Below, piece after piece: positions 1 to 10,092 of a DNA stretch of 64,000 nucleotides (its first letter is position 1; every line of letters begins with the position of its first letter). The notes under the pieces were generated by a model that was not told the origin of the DNA, did not search any database, and saw only the letters and a list, made by a program, of their open reading frames with translations. Origin of the DNA: a virus; IMG/VR virus record IMGVR_UViG_3300025601_000016, positions 6,867 to 70,866 of that record. One strand, 5' to 3'. Made by a program: the position numbers and the translations under genes.

Positions 1-268
1 TGTCGATACGTTCTTTAGAGATTTTGACAACAAAAGATTGTTCAATTTTCTTAAAAGACACTGCTTCAATTACCTCACCAATATCCATCTCCTCTAATAG
101 CTCTTCTTTTGTGCCGTAGCTTCCAGTGTTACCGGCTGCTGCAAAAGTATCTGCGTCTTTAAAAACAAGAGCTTTCTTCGCCAAAATCTCAATCTCATTG
201 TGCAGTGCAGCAATGTAAGTGGCCATCTCAGATGGCAGCATATCGTTTGGATTCTTAAAATTAATCAT
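1..268 (-). CDS. hypothetical protein, 3' end truncated by window edge
   Basis: ATG at 268 (MINFKNPNDMLPSEMATYIAALHNE...), open to position 1; preceded by an ACCCAAG/ACCCAATG leader like other genes here. Confidence 0.6.
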   Translation of the reverse strand, partial: MINFKNPNDMLPSEMATYIAALHNEIEILAKKALVFKDADTFAAAGNTGSYGTKEELLEEMDIGEVIEAVSFKKIEQSFVVKISKERID

Positions 269-352
269 TGGGTGTCTTTCTTGGGTATTGTCAAAAGTTA
301 AGGTTATAGTTACGCATAACCCAATAGAGCCTAAACACTAATGGGAAGATGA

Positions 353-1138
353 TTGATGTCTACTAGCCGTATGGATATTTTTAAAGCAGCCGGACTCGAA
401 AGAAAGATGGTTACATCTTCTTCCCCTAGCCCTGAATCCGTACTCGTAGACGACACTAATGCCTTCACAAAAGAAGACATCAGAAAAGCACTTCCTGCTC
501 AATTGAAGATCAAAGTTTCAGATGAATTGGTCAACAAGATCAATTCAATTTCTTTGGATCCACTTGTTGCTGATGAGATCCGGGATAATTTTGTAGGTTA
601 CGCTTCCGTCATGAAAGACGGTAAGTTTAAGGTTGAGCAGTATCTTGAGGCTTGCGCATACGTCACTTACAAGATGATGGGCTACTCAAACAAAGATGCG
701 TATGGGCTTACGTTTCCCGATCGTGTACGTAAAATGCGTGCTGACGGTAAAGACGACAAGCACATAAGTGCTTTTGTAGCAGCCTATCATAAAAATAAGC
801 TTGTAAACATTATCCTGGAACAAGCAGTAATCCCTGCGTGTATTCTGAATCAGGATCTTTACCAACAAGCCCTGAACCAACAGGCTCATCTCATGATTCA
901 TGCTCAAAGTGAGAAAGTTCAATGTGAAGCTGCTAACTCGATTCTCAATGCACTTAAACGCCCCGAAACAAGCAAGATTGAGATGGACGTTAACATCAAA
1001 GATAACTCAGGCATCTCTGAGCTTAAGAATGTCATGATGCAAGTTGCGTCACACCAAGCTAAGCAGATCCAAGCCGGCGAAACCACAAAGACAATTGCTC
1101 ATGCTGATTTGTTTGATGCAGAAGGTAACCAAATTTAA
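353..1138 (+). CDS. N4 gp69-like protein (putative terminase small subunit)
   Basis: 261-aa ORF directly upstream of and coupled (TAATG) to the large terminase; N4-like synteny. Confidence 0.7.
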   Translation: MMSTSRMDIFKAAGLERKMVTSSSPSPESVLVDDTNAFTKEDIRKALPAQLKIKVSDELVNKINSISLDPLVADEIRDNFVGYASVMKDGKFKVEQYLEACAYVTYKMMGYSNKDAYGLTFPDRVRKMRADGKDDKHISAFVAAYHKNKLVNIILEQAVIPACILNQDLYQQALNQQAHLMIHAQSEKVQCEAANSILNALKRPETSKIEMDVNIKDNSGISELKNVMMQVASHQAKQIQAGETTKTIAHADLFDAEGNQI

Positions 1139-2757
1139 TGTCTGAACACACAGACCTGATTGACAGAGAAAAGTTTGAATCTGTCAGGAAAAAGACTGTC
1201 GATGATTGGTTAGACACCGTCGACTATGAGCATCTAAACAACGGCACATACGTACCTTCAGCGTTTGCTCTTTCTTTTATGAACTTTGTTAAACTGGTGA
1301 ATGGCGGACAAGGGGAGTCTCATAAAACCCCTGTGGTTCACTTGAAGATGCTAGACAAAATGGTCAGTGACAAACGCAAAGTCGCTAATCTGTGTCACCG
1401 TGGTATCGCCAAGACCACTTTGTTTTTTGAATACCTGAATTTCTATCTGGCTATCTTTAGAGAGCTTCCTAATTTTGGTGAGCTAGACTCGATGATCTAC
1501 GTGTCAGACTCAATGGATAACGGCGTTAAATCCGCTCGTAAAAATATTGAGTTTAGATACTACAATTCTGAGTTCCTTCAGGAATACCTACCTAAAGCCA
1601 AGTTCACTGATAACTATATCGAATACGAAAACCAAGACGGTAAGAAGTTTGGTATCAAGATGTTTGGTGCCAAGACAGGCATTCGCGGTACGAAGATCTT
1701 TGCCAAACGCCCAAAGCTAGCAGTGCTTGATGACTTGGTCTCAGATGAAGATGCACGCTCTAAAGCTTCAATGGCCGCAATTGAAGACACCGTCTACAAA
1801 GGCATCGAATATGCTCTCGACCCCACCAAAAGAAAGATCATCTTTAATGGAACTCCTTTTAACAAGATGGATATTCTATACCAAGCAGTGGAGTCCGGAG
1901 CCTGGGACGTCAACGTTTGGCCAGTATGTGAATCCTTCCCATGTACGCGAGAAGAATTTGCTGGTTCCTGGGAAGACAGATTTTCTTATGATTACGTTGT
2001 GGAACAATACAACGACTCAGTAAAAACAGGCAAAATCAGCAGCTTCAACCAAGAACTTATGCTGCGGATTAGCTCAGAAGAAGAACGACTGGTCCAAGAC
2101 AACGAAATCCAGTGGTACTCGAGAAAATCTCTTCTTAAAAGAAAAATCGCATTTAATTTCTACATCACCACTGACTTTGCCACTTCAGACAAAGAAACCT
2201 CAGATTACACAGTCATATCTGTGTGGGCGATCAACAATAATGGTGACTGGTTCTGGGTCGACGGCATCTGTAAGCGCCAAAAGATGAATGTAAGCATCGA
2301 CGACTTGTTTAGGTTTGTTGCGATCTACAGTCCCCAAAGCGTAGGTGTAGAGATCAGCGGCCAGCAGAATGCATTCATTCAATGGCTCCAAAACGAAATG
2401 ATGACCCGAAGTGCTTGGTTCAGTTTTGCCATGCAAAAAGGAACACCTGGGATTAGGCCAATCCTTAACAAACTCTCAAGATTTAACTTGGTGGTTCCTC
2501 TGTTTGCCGCGGGAAAGATCTTTTTTCCTGCTGAACTGAGAGAAACCCCTATTATGGCAGAAGCCATATCTGAGTTAAGTTTAGCGACCCAAAGCGGCAT
2601 CAAAGGTAAAGATGACTTTTTGGATACGATTTCGATGCTTCCAGAGCTTAATGCCTGGCTCCCAACAGAGTCGGCTGGAATTGCAGAAGAGCGTGATGTT
2701 GTGTTTGGAGACGATTCACGCGATACCTCTTCTTTCATTGACTCGTACATAGTATGA
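1138..2757 (+). CDS. terL: terminase large subunit (N4 gp68-like)
   Basis: ATPase motifs HRGIAKTT and VLDDL, FNGTP coupling motif, RNase H-like nuclease TTDFA...D...DD. Confidence 0.95.
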   Translation: MSEHTDLIDREKFESVRKKTVDDWLDTVDYEHLNNGTYVPSAFALSFMNFVKLVNGGQGESHKTPVVHLKMLDKMVSDKRKVANLCHRGIAKTTLFFEYLNFYLAIFRELPNFGELDSMIYVSDSMDNGVKSARKNIEFRYYNSEFLQEYLPKAKFTDNYIEYENQDGKKFGIKMFGAKTGIRGTKIFAKRPKLAVLDDLVSDEDARSKASMAAIEDTVYKGIEYALDPTKRKIIFNGTPFNKMDILYQAVESGAWDVNVWPVCESFPCTREEFAGSWEDRFSYDYVVEQYNDSVKTGKISSFNQELMLRISSEEERLVQDNEIQWYSRKSLLKRKIAFNFYITTDFATSDKETSDYTVISVWAINNNGDWFWVDGICKRQKMNVSIDDLFRFVAIYSPQSVGVEISGQQNAFIQWLQNEMMTRSAWFSFAMQKGTPGIRPILNKLSRFNLVVPLFAAGKIFFPAELRETPIMAEAISELSLATQSGIKGKDDFLDTISMLPELNAWLPTESAGIAEERDVVFGDDSRDTSSFIDSYIV

Positions 2758-2793
2758 GAATTAAACCGCATTATGCATTAATAGGGTGTTCTC

Positions 2794-3528
2794 ATGTCTC
2801 AGCTGCTCACAAGCGAACTTATTTCCAGACTGGCATACGGAGAAGTCTCTAATCTCAAAATGGGAGATTTGAACACAGGGCTCATCCGAGAGGAGAATAT
2901 GCCCGGTGTTCTGATGCAGCTCAATAAAGCAATGAAAGACTTGTTCACGAGGTTTGAACTCAAAACTCGAGAAGTCCTGATTAACACCCAACTAGACATT
3001 TCTTACTATTATTTGCGTTATGAATTTGCCATGAGTAATGTGGGCAGTGCTCAGCCTGTACTCTACATTGATGATAGTATGTGCGAGGATTTTGACGGCC
3101 GGATTGCCAAGATCCTTGCTGTCTATGATGCGTTTGGCCGGCAGCTGTACCTAAACAAAACCCAAGAGCCGCTGTCGGTCTTCACGCCTCAGTACGATTG
3201 TCTTCAGATTGGCTCCAACCAACAAACCGAACAGTTCTACGTTATCTTCCAGGCTCTGCACCCGGTGCTCACAGCCCCTTTTGGTACTGGAGCCAACCAA
3301 GGTGACCCAGACGTTGTTATCAATGTGCCTCCTGCCTTGGAGGATGTACTTGTGCTACTTTGTGCTTCTAAGATCTATGAAGGCATAAACGGTCCAGCCA
3401 ACGCCGCAAGAAGCGCATTGCTTCATCAAAAATATGAAATGGCTTTGATGCAGTCTGAGATCAGAGACAGCATCTCAGTCAGCGCAAACATGTCTAACAG
3501 CAAGCTTGATAAAGCAGGGTTTATTTAA
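2794..3528 (+). CDS. N4 gp67-like virion structural (head-tail adaptor) protein
   Basis: 244 aa, follows terL as in N4-like phages; ends SKLDKAGFI, similar to gp67 family C-termini. Confidence 0.75.
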   Translation: MSQLLTSELISRLAYGEVSNLKMGDLNTGLIREENMPGVLMQLNKAMKDLFTRFELKTREVLINTQLDISYYYLRYEFAMSNVGSAQPVLYIDDSMCEDFDGRIAKILAVYDAFGRQLYLNKTQEPLSVFTPQYDCLQIGSNQQTEQFYVIFQALHPVLTAPFGTGANQGDPDVVINVPPALEDVLVLLCASKIYEGINGPANAARSALLHQKYEMALMQSEIRDSISVSANMSNSKLDKAGFI

Positions 3529-5504
3529 TGAGACCAACGTCCAGTCCTTTTGCTAATCCATCAGGACTCGTCGATAAGCGTCTTGGTAATATGTGGGCGC
3601 AGATCGAGGAGGTAAGAGCTCTCTTACCTCAAATTGCTCATGTCAGTTATTATCTCGAGAGTCTTTTCAACCTCGATCGTAACTTGACGCTTCTCTCAGA
3701 TGAGAACGTCGATCACCATATTCTTAAAGACATTACTATTTTCCAGGGAGCCAATGCTTATGAGCTGGCTCTGGTTGAAGGCTTTGTTGGTACACCAGCT
3801 GAATGGCTCGAAAGTCTTATAGGTCCAATAGGTTCTACAGGCTTTCTTGATGTTGCTGCTCACCAAGTGCTAATTGATGGGATTGCTGCGAACGTGGCAG
3901 CTTTAGCTGCCGCGGACGCAGCAATCTTAGCTAATACAAATAAGTTTTCAGATTATACAACACTGGCTGCATACAATGCTGATGTCACAGCGGTTCAAGC
4001 TCAACTGACTGCTTTGGAAACAAGCATCCTGGCTCAGGTAGATCTACTACTTCCGACACCTAGAACAAATGCTGAGATAGGTTCTTTGGCTCAAGCTGTA
4101 GTGAACACGGCTCTTGCAGGGCTAGAACCTTCTTTTTTTGATCCAGATGGTCGTCTAGATTCTATTGATCTTTTGCTTGATGGTTTACGTGATGATCTTG
4201 ATGTCAACGAAATTGCATTCAACGAGTTTGTTTTTTCAAACCTGACAACAATAGGCCGAATCACCGCTCTTGAAGCTGTAGGAGAAGACACTGCTGCTTC
4301 ACTTATTGAACTCCAAACAGTCACGTTTGATACAGCAGCACAGCAATTGGTTCTTACGGCTGAAAGCGCAAGTCAGCTCTCTCAAATAAATAGTTTGTCC
4401 GCGGTTAGTCTAAACCAAGCGACCCAAATTAACGCACTTCAAGTATCAAATAACGCTAATTACGCGTCAGTTACTTCTATTGAGTTGGCTTATGTAACTG
4501 AAGACGAAGCCCTTGCTGCGTCTATACTCACAATTGAAAGTGCTTTTGAAGCAGCCGATCTTTTGCTTAGTGCTGATATTTTGACAGAGCAAACTGCTCG
4601 AACTACTGCAATTTCAGCAGCTGCCACAGACAGAACGCTTATTCGTTCTCAGTTTGCTTTGGCTGATACTGCCTTATCTGCAAGCATCTCTGCGAGCATC
4701 TCTACAGAAGCTTCAACTAGAGCTTCTGCGGATTCAGCTATAGCAGGCACTGTTACAACACTAAGCTCCACTGTTGGAGGGCTTTCTTCAACAGTGTCTG
4801 TTCAAGCTTCAACGCTTGCTGATATTGAAGGTAACTTAGCGGGTAAATACAGCATATCTGTTAGCGGGGGTGGTGTAGGCGCTTTTGTTAGTCTAGAAGA
4901 TGGAACAACCTACGGCAGTGTGATTGAGCTATCAGCAGCTAATATTAAGCTTCGAGCAGACGCTCTTGACCTTGGCACAGCCACTACGTTTGAATCAACA
5001 AAAGACACGTTTTACACAATCGCAGGCGAATACAGATTTAGGTATGGTGGCCCATTTGGAGTAAGTAACACTCTTTTGCAGTGGTATGGACTCAACTCTG
5101 TCGCTCTTAACTCTGAAACAAAAACAAATGGTGTTTTTGCTTTGGCGACAGATGGTAAAGTTTACTTTGGAAATAGCGCATTAGGCGCATCAATGTCTGT
5201 TACACACTCAGGTGTGTACGTAAAAGTTAAGATAGGCACAGGAACTAACAACACTGGATCGATCACGCTAACACCAACAGGTGGTGTTGCTCCATACACA
5301 TACTCACATCAGCTAGTCAAAACAGCAAATCTGAACAACATTTCCGTTACATTAAATAGCCCAACAAGTGCTACGTTTTCTATATCAGCAGGTTCCCAAA
5401 CACCTGTTAAATCTGTTGAATATCTTGTAGTATCAACAATTACAGATGCAGCAGGAAAATCGATTCAATACACTAAAGGTGGTGGACTTTTTTGGGAAAG
5501 TTAA
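3528..5504 (+). CDS. tail fibre / receptor-binding protein
   Basis: N4-like N-terminal anchor, GANAYELA...WLESLIGP motif, Ala/Ser/Thr-rich coiled coil (TEASTRASADSAIA), beta-rich C-terminus ending TDAAGKSIQY...LFWES. Confidence 0.85.
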   Translation: MRPTSSPFANPSGLVDKRLGNMWAQIEEVRALLPQIAHVSYYLESLFNLDRNLTLLSDENVDHHILKDITIFQGANAYELALVEGFVGTPAEWLESLIGPIGSTGFLDVAAHQVLIDGIAANVAALAAADAAILANTNKFSDYTTLAAYNADVTAVQAQLTALETSILAQVDLLLPTPRTNAEIGSLAQAVVNTALAGLEPSFFDPDGRLDSIDLLLDGLRDDLDVNEIAFNEFVFSNLTTIGRITALEAVGEDTAASLIELQTVTFDTAAQQLVLTAESASQLSQINSLSAVSLNQATQINALQVSNNANYASVTSIELAYVTEDEALAASILTIESAFEAADLLLSADILTEQTARTTAISAAATDRTLIRSQFALADTALSASISASISTEASTRASADSAIAGTVTTLSSTVGGLSSTVSVQASTLADIEGNLAGKYSISVSGGGVGAFVSLEDGTTYGSVIELSAANIKLRADALDLGTATTFESTKDTFYTIAGEYRFRYGGPFGVSNTLLQWYGLNSVALNSETKTNGVFALATDGKVYFGNSALGASMSVTHSGVYVKVKIGTGTNNTGSITLTPTGGVAPYTYSHQLVKTANLNNISVTLNSPTSATFSISAGSQTPVKSVEYLVVSTITDAAGKSIQYTKGGGLFWES

Positions 5505-5535
5505 TCTTTTATCAAACATCAAAGGAATAAGTCTT

Positions 5536-5652
5536 ATGAAATACATTGTTATTGGTTTTTTGGTATTTGTATCTGCCTGTGCATCAACCACAGACAGCTC
5601 TTACAGCGGCGGTAATGGGGCAGAAACCCCCAATCAAACTCAAAAAAAGTAA
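5536..5652 (+). CDS. small lipoprotein (38 aa), candidate receptor-blocking/superinfection-exclusion protein
   Basis: AAGGA RBS; MKYIVIGFLVFVSA-C lipobox; Gly/Ser linker; ends QKK; directly after the RBP gene. Confidence 0.75.
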   Translation: MKYIVIGFLVFVSACASTTDSSYSGGNGAETPNQTQKK

Positions 5653-5658
5653 ACGCTA

Positions 5659-6201
5659 ATGAGCTTATTTTCATTTTTCTTTAAATCTAAACAAAAACCT
5701 CAATATACTACTATTGAGGTTAAACCTGCTTCTGTACCCCCAATAGACACTATTCTTGGTTCTACATATCAAGACGATCTTCTTATGGAAGATCTAATAG
5801 ATAATGAAGGTCTGGTTCTTCATGCCTATTTAGACACTAAGAAACTTGTCACTATTGGTATTGGAACCATGATCGATAAAAATCGTGGTGGTGGGATCAC
5901 AAAAGAAGAGGCAATTTATCTTGCCAAGAATCGCCTTAAAAAAGCCGCTCAGCAACTAGATGAACACCTGCCCTGGTGGAGAGAACTCTCTCTTGTGAGA
6001 CAGCGTCTGATGGTAGAGCTGTGCTACAATATGGGTATTGGGTCCAAGACTTCTGGTCTATTGTCTTTTGTAAATACTTTGCCGGCAATCCAAAGAAGAG
6101 ATTATTTGACTGCGGCCAAAGGGTTTCAGAACTCTAAATGGGCAAGAGACGTTGGACCAATTAGGTCTGGTAAAATGATCAAAATGCTTTTAGAGGGGTA
6201 A
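5659..6201 (+). CDS. endolysin, T4-like lysozyme (GH24)
   Basis: EGLVLHAYLDTKKLVTIGIG (E-x8-D-x5-T triad), YNMG, SKWARDVG. Confidence 0.92.
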   Translation: MSLFSFFFKSKQKPQYTTIEVKPASVPPIDTILGSTYQDDLLMEDLIDNEGLVLHAYLDTKKLVTIGIGTMIDKNRGGGITKEEAIYLAKNRLKKAAQQLDEHLPWWRELSLVRQRLMVELCYNMGIGSKTSGLLSFVNTLPAIQRRDYLTAAKGFQNSKWARDVGPIRSGKMIKMLLEG

Positions 6202-6245
6202 TACCCGCTTTGCTAGTAGACCAACCCAAACGAGGAACATATCTA

Positions 6246-6704
6246 ATGTTTGAATTTCTAAAGAAGAATGCCGCAATGGCTATGGCGTCTGTTGCCCTAG
6301 TTCTTTCTGGCTGTAATAGCTTTACAGATATGCGTGCTCCGCCAAACATTTATGCGGACTCTGGTAGTGTTGCTGAAACGGCTTTGACCACGATTAAAGC
6401 CTTTGGTGCCGCACAAGACACAATCATCACTGTTTGTGGCCCTGCTCTCCCAGACACTGTCGAAGGTGATGCGTGTGCTAAGATCATCCCGGTCGAGCAA
6501 ACTCTAAGACCTGCAGTGACTGCTGCTGGCCAAATTGGCGCAGAGTACGCTGACATCGATGCTCGAATTCGTGAACTAGGCCCTAAAGCTCCCGCTGAAT
6601 GGCTCCTTGCCGCAGCTGAAGTAGCAGGCAAACTCTCCGCCGCATACGACCCAATCCGGACCGATGTTGATAACTTCCTCACTAATGTAGGAGCCCTAAA
6701 CTAA
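6246..6704 (+). CDS. lipoprotein, possible spanin component
   Basis: GAGG RBS, ATG 6246, VALVLSG-C lipobox, follows endolysin. Confidence 0.7.
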   Translation: MFEFLKKNAAMAMASVALVLSGCNSFTDMRAPPNIYADSGSVAETALTTIKAFGAAQDTIITVCGPALPDTVEGDACAKIIPVEQTLRPAVTAAGQIGAEYADIDARIRELGPKAPAEWLLAAAEVAGKLSAAYDPIRTDVDNFLTNVGALN

Positions 6705-7018
6705 TGGCTAATCTAGCTGCAATCATTAAAACTGCGGAACGTGCTGTTGGCATTCTCCGTATGCTTGAGTCGGTCCTTGGTGACCAAACACCATTTGTCA
6801 AAGACGGACTGGCAATTGTTGGTAAAGTACTGACAGGCGTTAAGTTTGGCTCTGCTTCTTATTCAGCACTGCTTGCTGAATTGGATGGTGTTGTTGTCGA
6901 AATGGAAGCTGTTCGCACTAAAGGCGGTGTTGTCGGTGATGACTTCAAACTTGAAGTAGCTAAAATTAAAGACCGCGGAAACAGAATTGACGCGATCCTT
7001 GCAGGGCTTAAAGGCTAG
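6704..7018 (+). CDS. hypothetical protein (lysis-module associated)
   Basis: 104 aa, TAATG-coupled to the lipoprotein, amphipathic helices. Confidence 0.75.
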   Translation: MANLAAIIKTAERAVGILRMLESVLGDQTPFVKDGLAIVGKVLTGVKFGSASYSALLAELDGVVVEMEAVRTKGGVVGDDFKLEVAKIKDRGNRIDAILAGLKG

Positions 7019-7046
7019 GCCTCCCCCCAGAACTAGCCTATGAGAG

Positions 7047-7079
7047 AAGGTACGAGCAGAAATGTTCGTACCTTTTTTT
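7047..7079 (+). terminator. Rho-independent terminator
   Basis: AAGGTACGAGCA-GAAA-TGTTCGTACCTT followed by a T-run. Confidence 0.85.
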
Positions 7080-7095
7080 GTATAAAGGATAGGTT

Positions 7096-7266
7096 ATGTA
7101 TAGAACTCCAGCAGAGCTTCCTAACGAACACGTATTGATGTATTCGACAGAGCTGGCGGGCTTATATCTCTTTTCAACAAACCATATTTTTAATTGTATA
7201 TTTCCAAGTTCTGAAGTTCCTGGAAAAAGTTACGTTATAGCTGAAGAATTCGATACTAGTTCTTAG
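7096..7266 (+). CDS. small hypothetical protein (56 aa)
   Basis: AAGGA RBS, MYRTPAELPNEHVLMYS...; below the ORF-track cutoff. Confidence 0.4.
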   Translation: MYRTPAELPNEHVLMYSTELAGLYLFSTNHIFNCIFPSSEVPGKSYVIAEEFDTSS

Positions 7267-7331
7267 GCTTTACTTTAAAAAGTTACAGCACTATTCCTGT
7301 TAAACATTGCTCATAACTTCGAGGGCCACCA

Positions 7332-9686
7332 ATGGCTGATCAAGATATCCTAGATTCTGATGACAGCTCCATTGTCAATGGTAGAGACCTTCAAAGTAAA
7401 CAAGATATAAGTACTGTTAACGCTAAACAGTTAAGAGAGTCTAATAAGCAGAGTCCAGGCGTAGTAAAACTCACTGATTGGGTCAACGAACCGTCTATTA
7501 CTGATCTTAAAAAAGATCTTGGGGCTGCTAAACCGTTTAGAGACACTCACGTATCTGACATCGATCGATGGGAGATTCTTAGAAACGGTGGTGTTCAGCC
7601 CGCCAAACGCCGCGGCAAATCATCTGTAAGACCTAAGCTAGTACGTCGACAAGCAGAGTGGAGATACTCAGCTTTGTCTGAACCGTTTCTCTCTTCTGAA
7701 GATATCTTCCAAGTAAACCCAAGAACTTTTGAAGATACTGCAGCAGCTTCTCAAAATGCTATTCTATTAAACTGGCAGTTCAGAACCAAGATCAATCCAG
7801 TTAATTTGGTCAACCAAGCGGTTCGAATCTTTGTAGATGAGGGCACAGTAGTATTCCGTCCTGGCTGGACTAGAGAAGTTGAAGTCGAAACTGTTATGGT
7901 TCCGATCTATCAATACTCTGAAGTCATGGAAGGCACCCCAGAAGAACAAGCTTTGATGCAAGCCCTGGAGCTGAAAGACGCAAATCCTAAAGCTTTTTAT
8001 GAGATGGACCCAGCAATCATTGCCAGCATTGAGTTCTCTCAAGAGCAAGGCCAAGCAGCATGGGCTGTTCAAGTAGGTGAAGAAGAAGCTGAACAAGAGA
8101 AGATTATAAAAAACCACCCTACTATGAAAGTGGTTAATTATCAGAACCTTTACATAGATCCTTCATGCGGCGAAGACCCAGAAAAAGCTGCTTTTATCGT
8201 AGAGTCTTTTGAGACTTCAAAAGCAGAGCTCATGAAAGACGGCCGCTATAAGAACCTTGGTTCTGTTAGTTTTGCCAGTGCTGATCTGCTTACAGAAACA
8301 GAGCACGGCACAACAACACCCCAAGATTTCAATTTTGATGATGAAGCCCGTAAGCGCATTGTTGCGTATGAGTATTGGGGTTTGGCTGACATCAACGGTA
8401 CAGGTGAGCTTGAACCTATTGTTGCTACCTGGATCGACAACCAATTCATCAGAATGGAACTAAACCCGTTTCCAGACCAAAGACCTCCTTACGTTTTTGC
8501 TAGTTACTCTCCTAAAAAGAGATCTGTATTTGGTGAGCCAGATGCTGAATTGCTTGAAGACAATCAAGCTATTTCTGGTGCTCTCACAAGAGGTATGATT
8601 GATCTGCTGGGTCGCTCTGCTAACTCTCAGCAGGGCATTCAAAAAGGTATGTTGGATATCACTAACCGCAGACGTTTTGAAAGCGGTGAAGACTACGAAT
8701 TTAACCCGTCGACCAATCCAAACTCAGGCCTGATTCAACATAAATATCCTGAAATACCTCGTTCTGCGCTTGAGCTTTTGGTGGCTCAAAACCAAGAAGC
8801 TGAAGGTCTTACAGGTGTCAAAGCATTCTCTGGTGGTATTTCGGGAGAAGGCTTTGGTGATGTAGCTGCAGGTATTCGTGGTACTTTGGATGCAGCTTCT
8901 AAAAGAGAGATGGATATTCTTCGTCGTCTCGCAGAAGCGTTTAAGCAAGCTGCTATCAAAATCATTGCTATGAACGGAGTCTTTCTCAGTGAGAGAGAGA
9001 CTGTTCGCGTAACAAACGAAACTTTTGTTGAAATTAAAAGAGAAGATCTTGAGGGGCAGTTTGATCTCATCATTGATATTTCAACTCCTGAGATCGACGA
9101 GCGCAAAGCTGCAGATCTGTCGTTTATGCTACAGACTGCAGTGTCGACACTACCTCTTGATTTTACTCAAATGATCTTGGCTAAAACTGCTAAGCTTAGA
9201 AAAATGCCTGAGCTTGCTAACCAAATTCAGACTTACAAGCCAGAACCAGATCCAGTTCAGGAAGCCCTTAAACAACTTGAGCTTAAAAAGATTGAACTCG
9301 AGATTGGTAAAATTCAGAGTGAGATTAACAGAAACAACGCTCAGGCTGAGAAATTCCAAGCTGATGCAGACAGTACAGATCTTGCAACAGAGATGGCTGG
9401 TTCAGGTATCGCTCATCAGCAAGACATGGAAAAACAGTCTGAACAGGCTCGTGGCAACCAAGATTTGGCAATCACTAAAGCCATGGTTGATAAGCGTAAG
9501 CCTGAAGACGGGCCTTTGAATTTGGAAGAAGCACTTGGTTTCAACCAACTCACAAAGAAACTGGCCGCGGCAAGTAATCAGCCAGTAAGTGTACTTCCAC
9601 CACAAGCCCCAACACTTCCACCACCAGAAGGAGTAGTTCCTCCAGGACAAGAATTACTTGACCCGAATCAAGTTCTCCCACAGTAA
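7332..9686 (+). CDS. portal protein (N4 gp59-like)
   Basis: 784 aa; PKLVRRQAEWRYSALSEPFLS and GVKAFSGGISG motifs of N4-like portals. Confidence 0.93.
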   Translation: MADQDILDSDDSSIVNGRDLQSKQDISTVNAKQLRESNKQSPGVVKLTDWVNEPSITDLKKDLGAAKPFRDTHVSDIDRWEILRNGGVQPAKRRGKSSVRPKLVRRQAEWRYSALSEPFLSSEDIFQVNPRTFEDTAAASQNAILLNWQFRTKINPVNLVNQAVRIFVDEGTVVFRPGWTREVEVETVMVPIYQYSEVMEGTPEEQALMQALELKDANPKAFYEMDPAIIASIEFSQEQGQAAWAVQVGEEEAEQEKIIKNHPTMKVVNYQNLYIDPSCGEDPEKAAFIVESFETSKAELMKDGRYKNLGSVSFASADLLTETEHGTTTPQDFNFDDEARKRIVAYEYWGLADINGTGELEPIVATWIDNQFIRMELNPFPDQRPPYVFASYSPKKRSVFGEPDAELLEDNQAISGALTRGMIDLLGRSANSQQGIQKGMLDITNRRRFESGEDYEFNPSTNPNSGLIQHKYPEIPRSALELLVAQNQEAEGLTGVKAFSGGISGEGFGDVAAGIRGTLDAASKREMDILRRLAEAFKQAAIKIIAMNGVFLSERETVRVTNETFVEIKREDLEGQFDLIIDISTPEIDERKAADLSFMLQTAVSTLPLDFTQMILAKTAKLRKMPELANQIQTYKPEPDPVQEALKQLELKKIELEIGKIQSEINRNNAQAEKFQADADSTDLATEMAGSGIAHQQDMEKQSEQARGNQDLAITKAMVDKRKPEDGPLNLEEALGFNQLTKKLAAASNQPVSVLPPQAPTLPPPEGVVPPGQELLDPNQVLPQ

Positions 9687-9729
9687 GACTATTGTTTACT
9701 AAAGACCCAAGAATATAGGAAACACCCAA

Positions 9730-10092
9730 ATGACCGGACTAGAGAGAGAAATCCAAGAAGTTGAGTTGGCGATCGAAGAAGCCAATGCTGCAGTTAAAAA
9801 AGCAAGTCAACTTCGCAAGCTTATGGAGAATGCCGAGTTTAGGGCAATTATCGAGGAAGACTACTTGAGAGAAGAAGCCATCAGATTGGCCCATATCTTT
9901 GGAAGCCCTAGTCCTACGCTTAAAGCAGCGAAGGATGATATTGCTACTGATATTCAAGGCATTGCTTCATTGAAACGATATTTCCATACCGTTTTGCAAA
10001 TGGGCACACAGGCTAACGATGCGCTAATAGCACATCAGGAAAACCTGGATGAGCTCCGTCAAGGCGATGTAGACGCGGAGGATCTTAACTAA
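9730..10092 (+). CDS. N4 gp58-like protein
   Basis: 120-aa coiled coil between portal and gp57-like gene. Confidence 0.7.
   Translation: MTGLEREIQEVELAIEEANAAVKKASQLRKLMENAEFRAIIEEDYLREEAIRLAHIFGSPSPTLKAAKDDIATDIQGIASLKRYFHTVLQMGTQANDALIAHQENLDELRQGDVDAEDLN

Noticed and set aside
3528-5504. Diversity-generating retroelement acting on the fibre tip
   Set aside because: No reverse transcriptase in the window, and the two tips differ at all base types rather than only at adenines.
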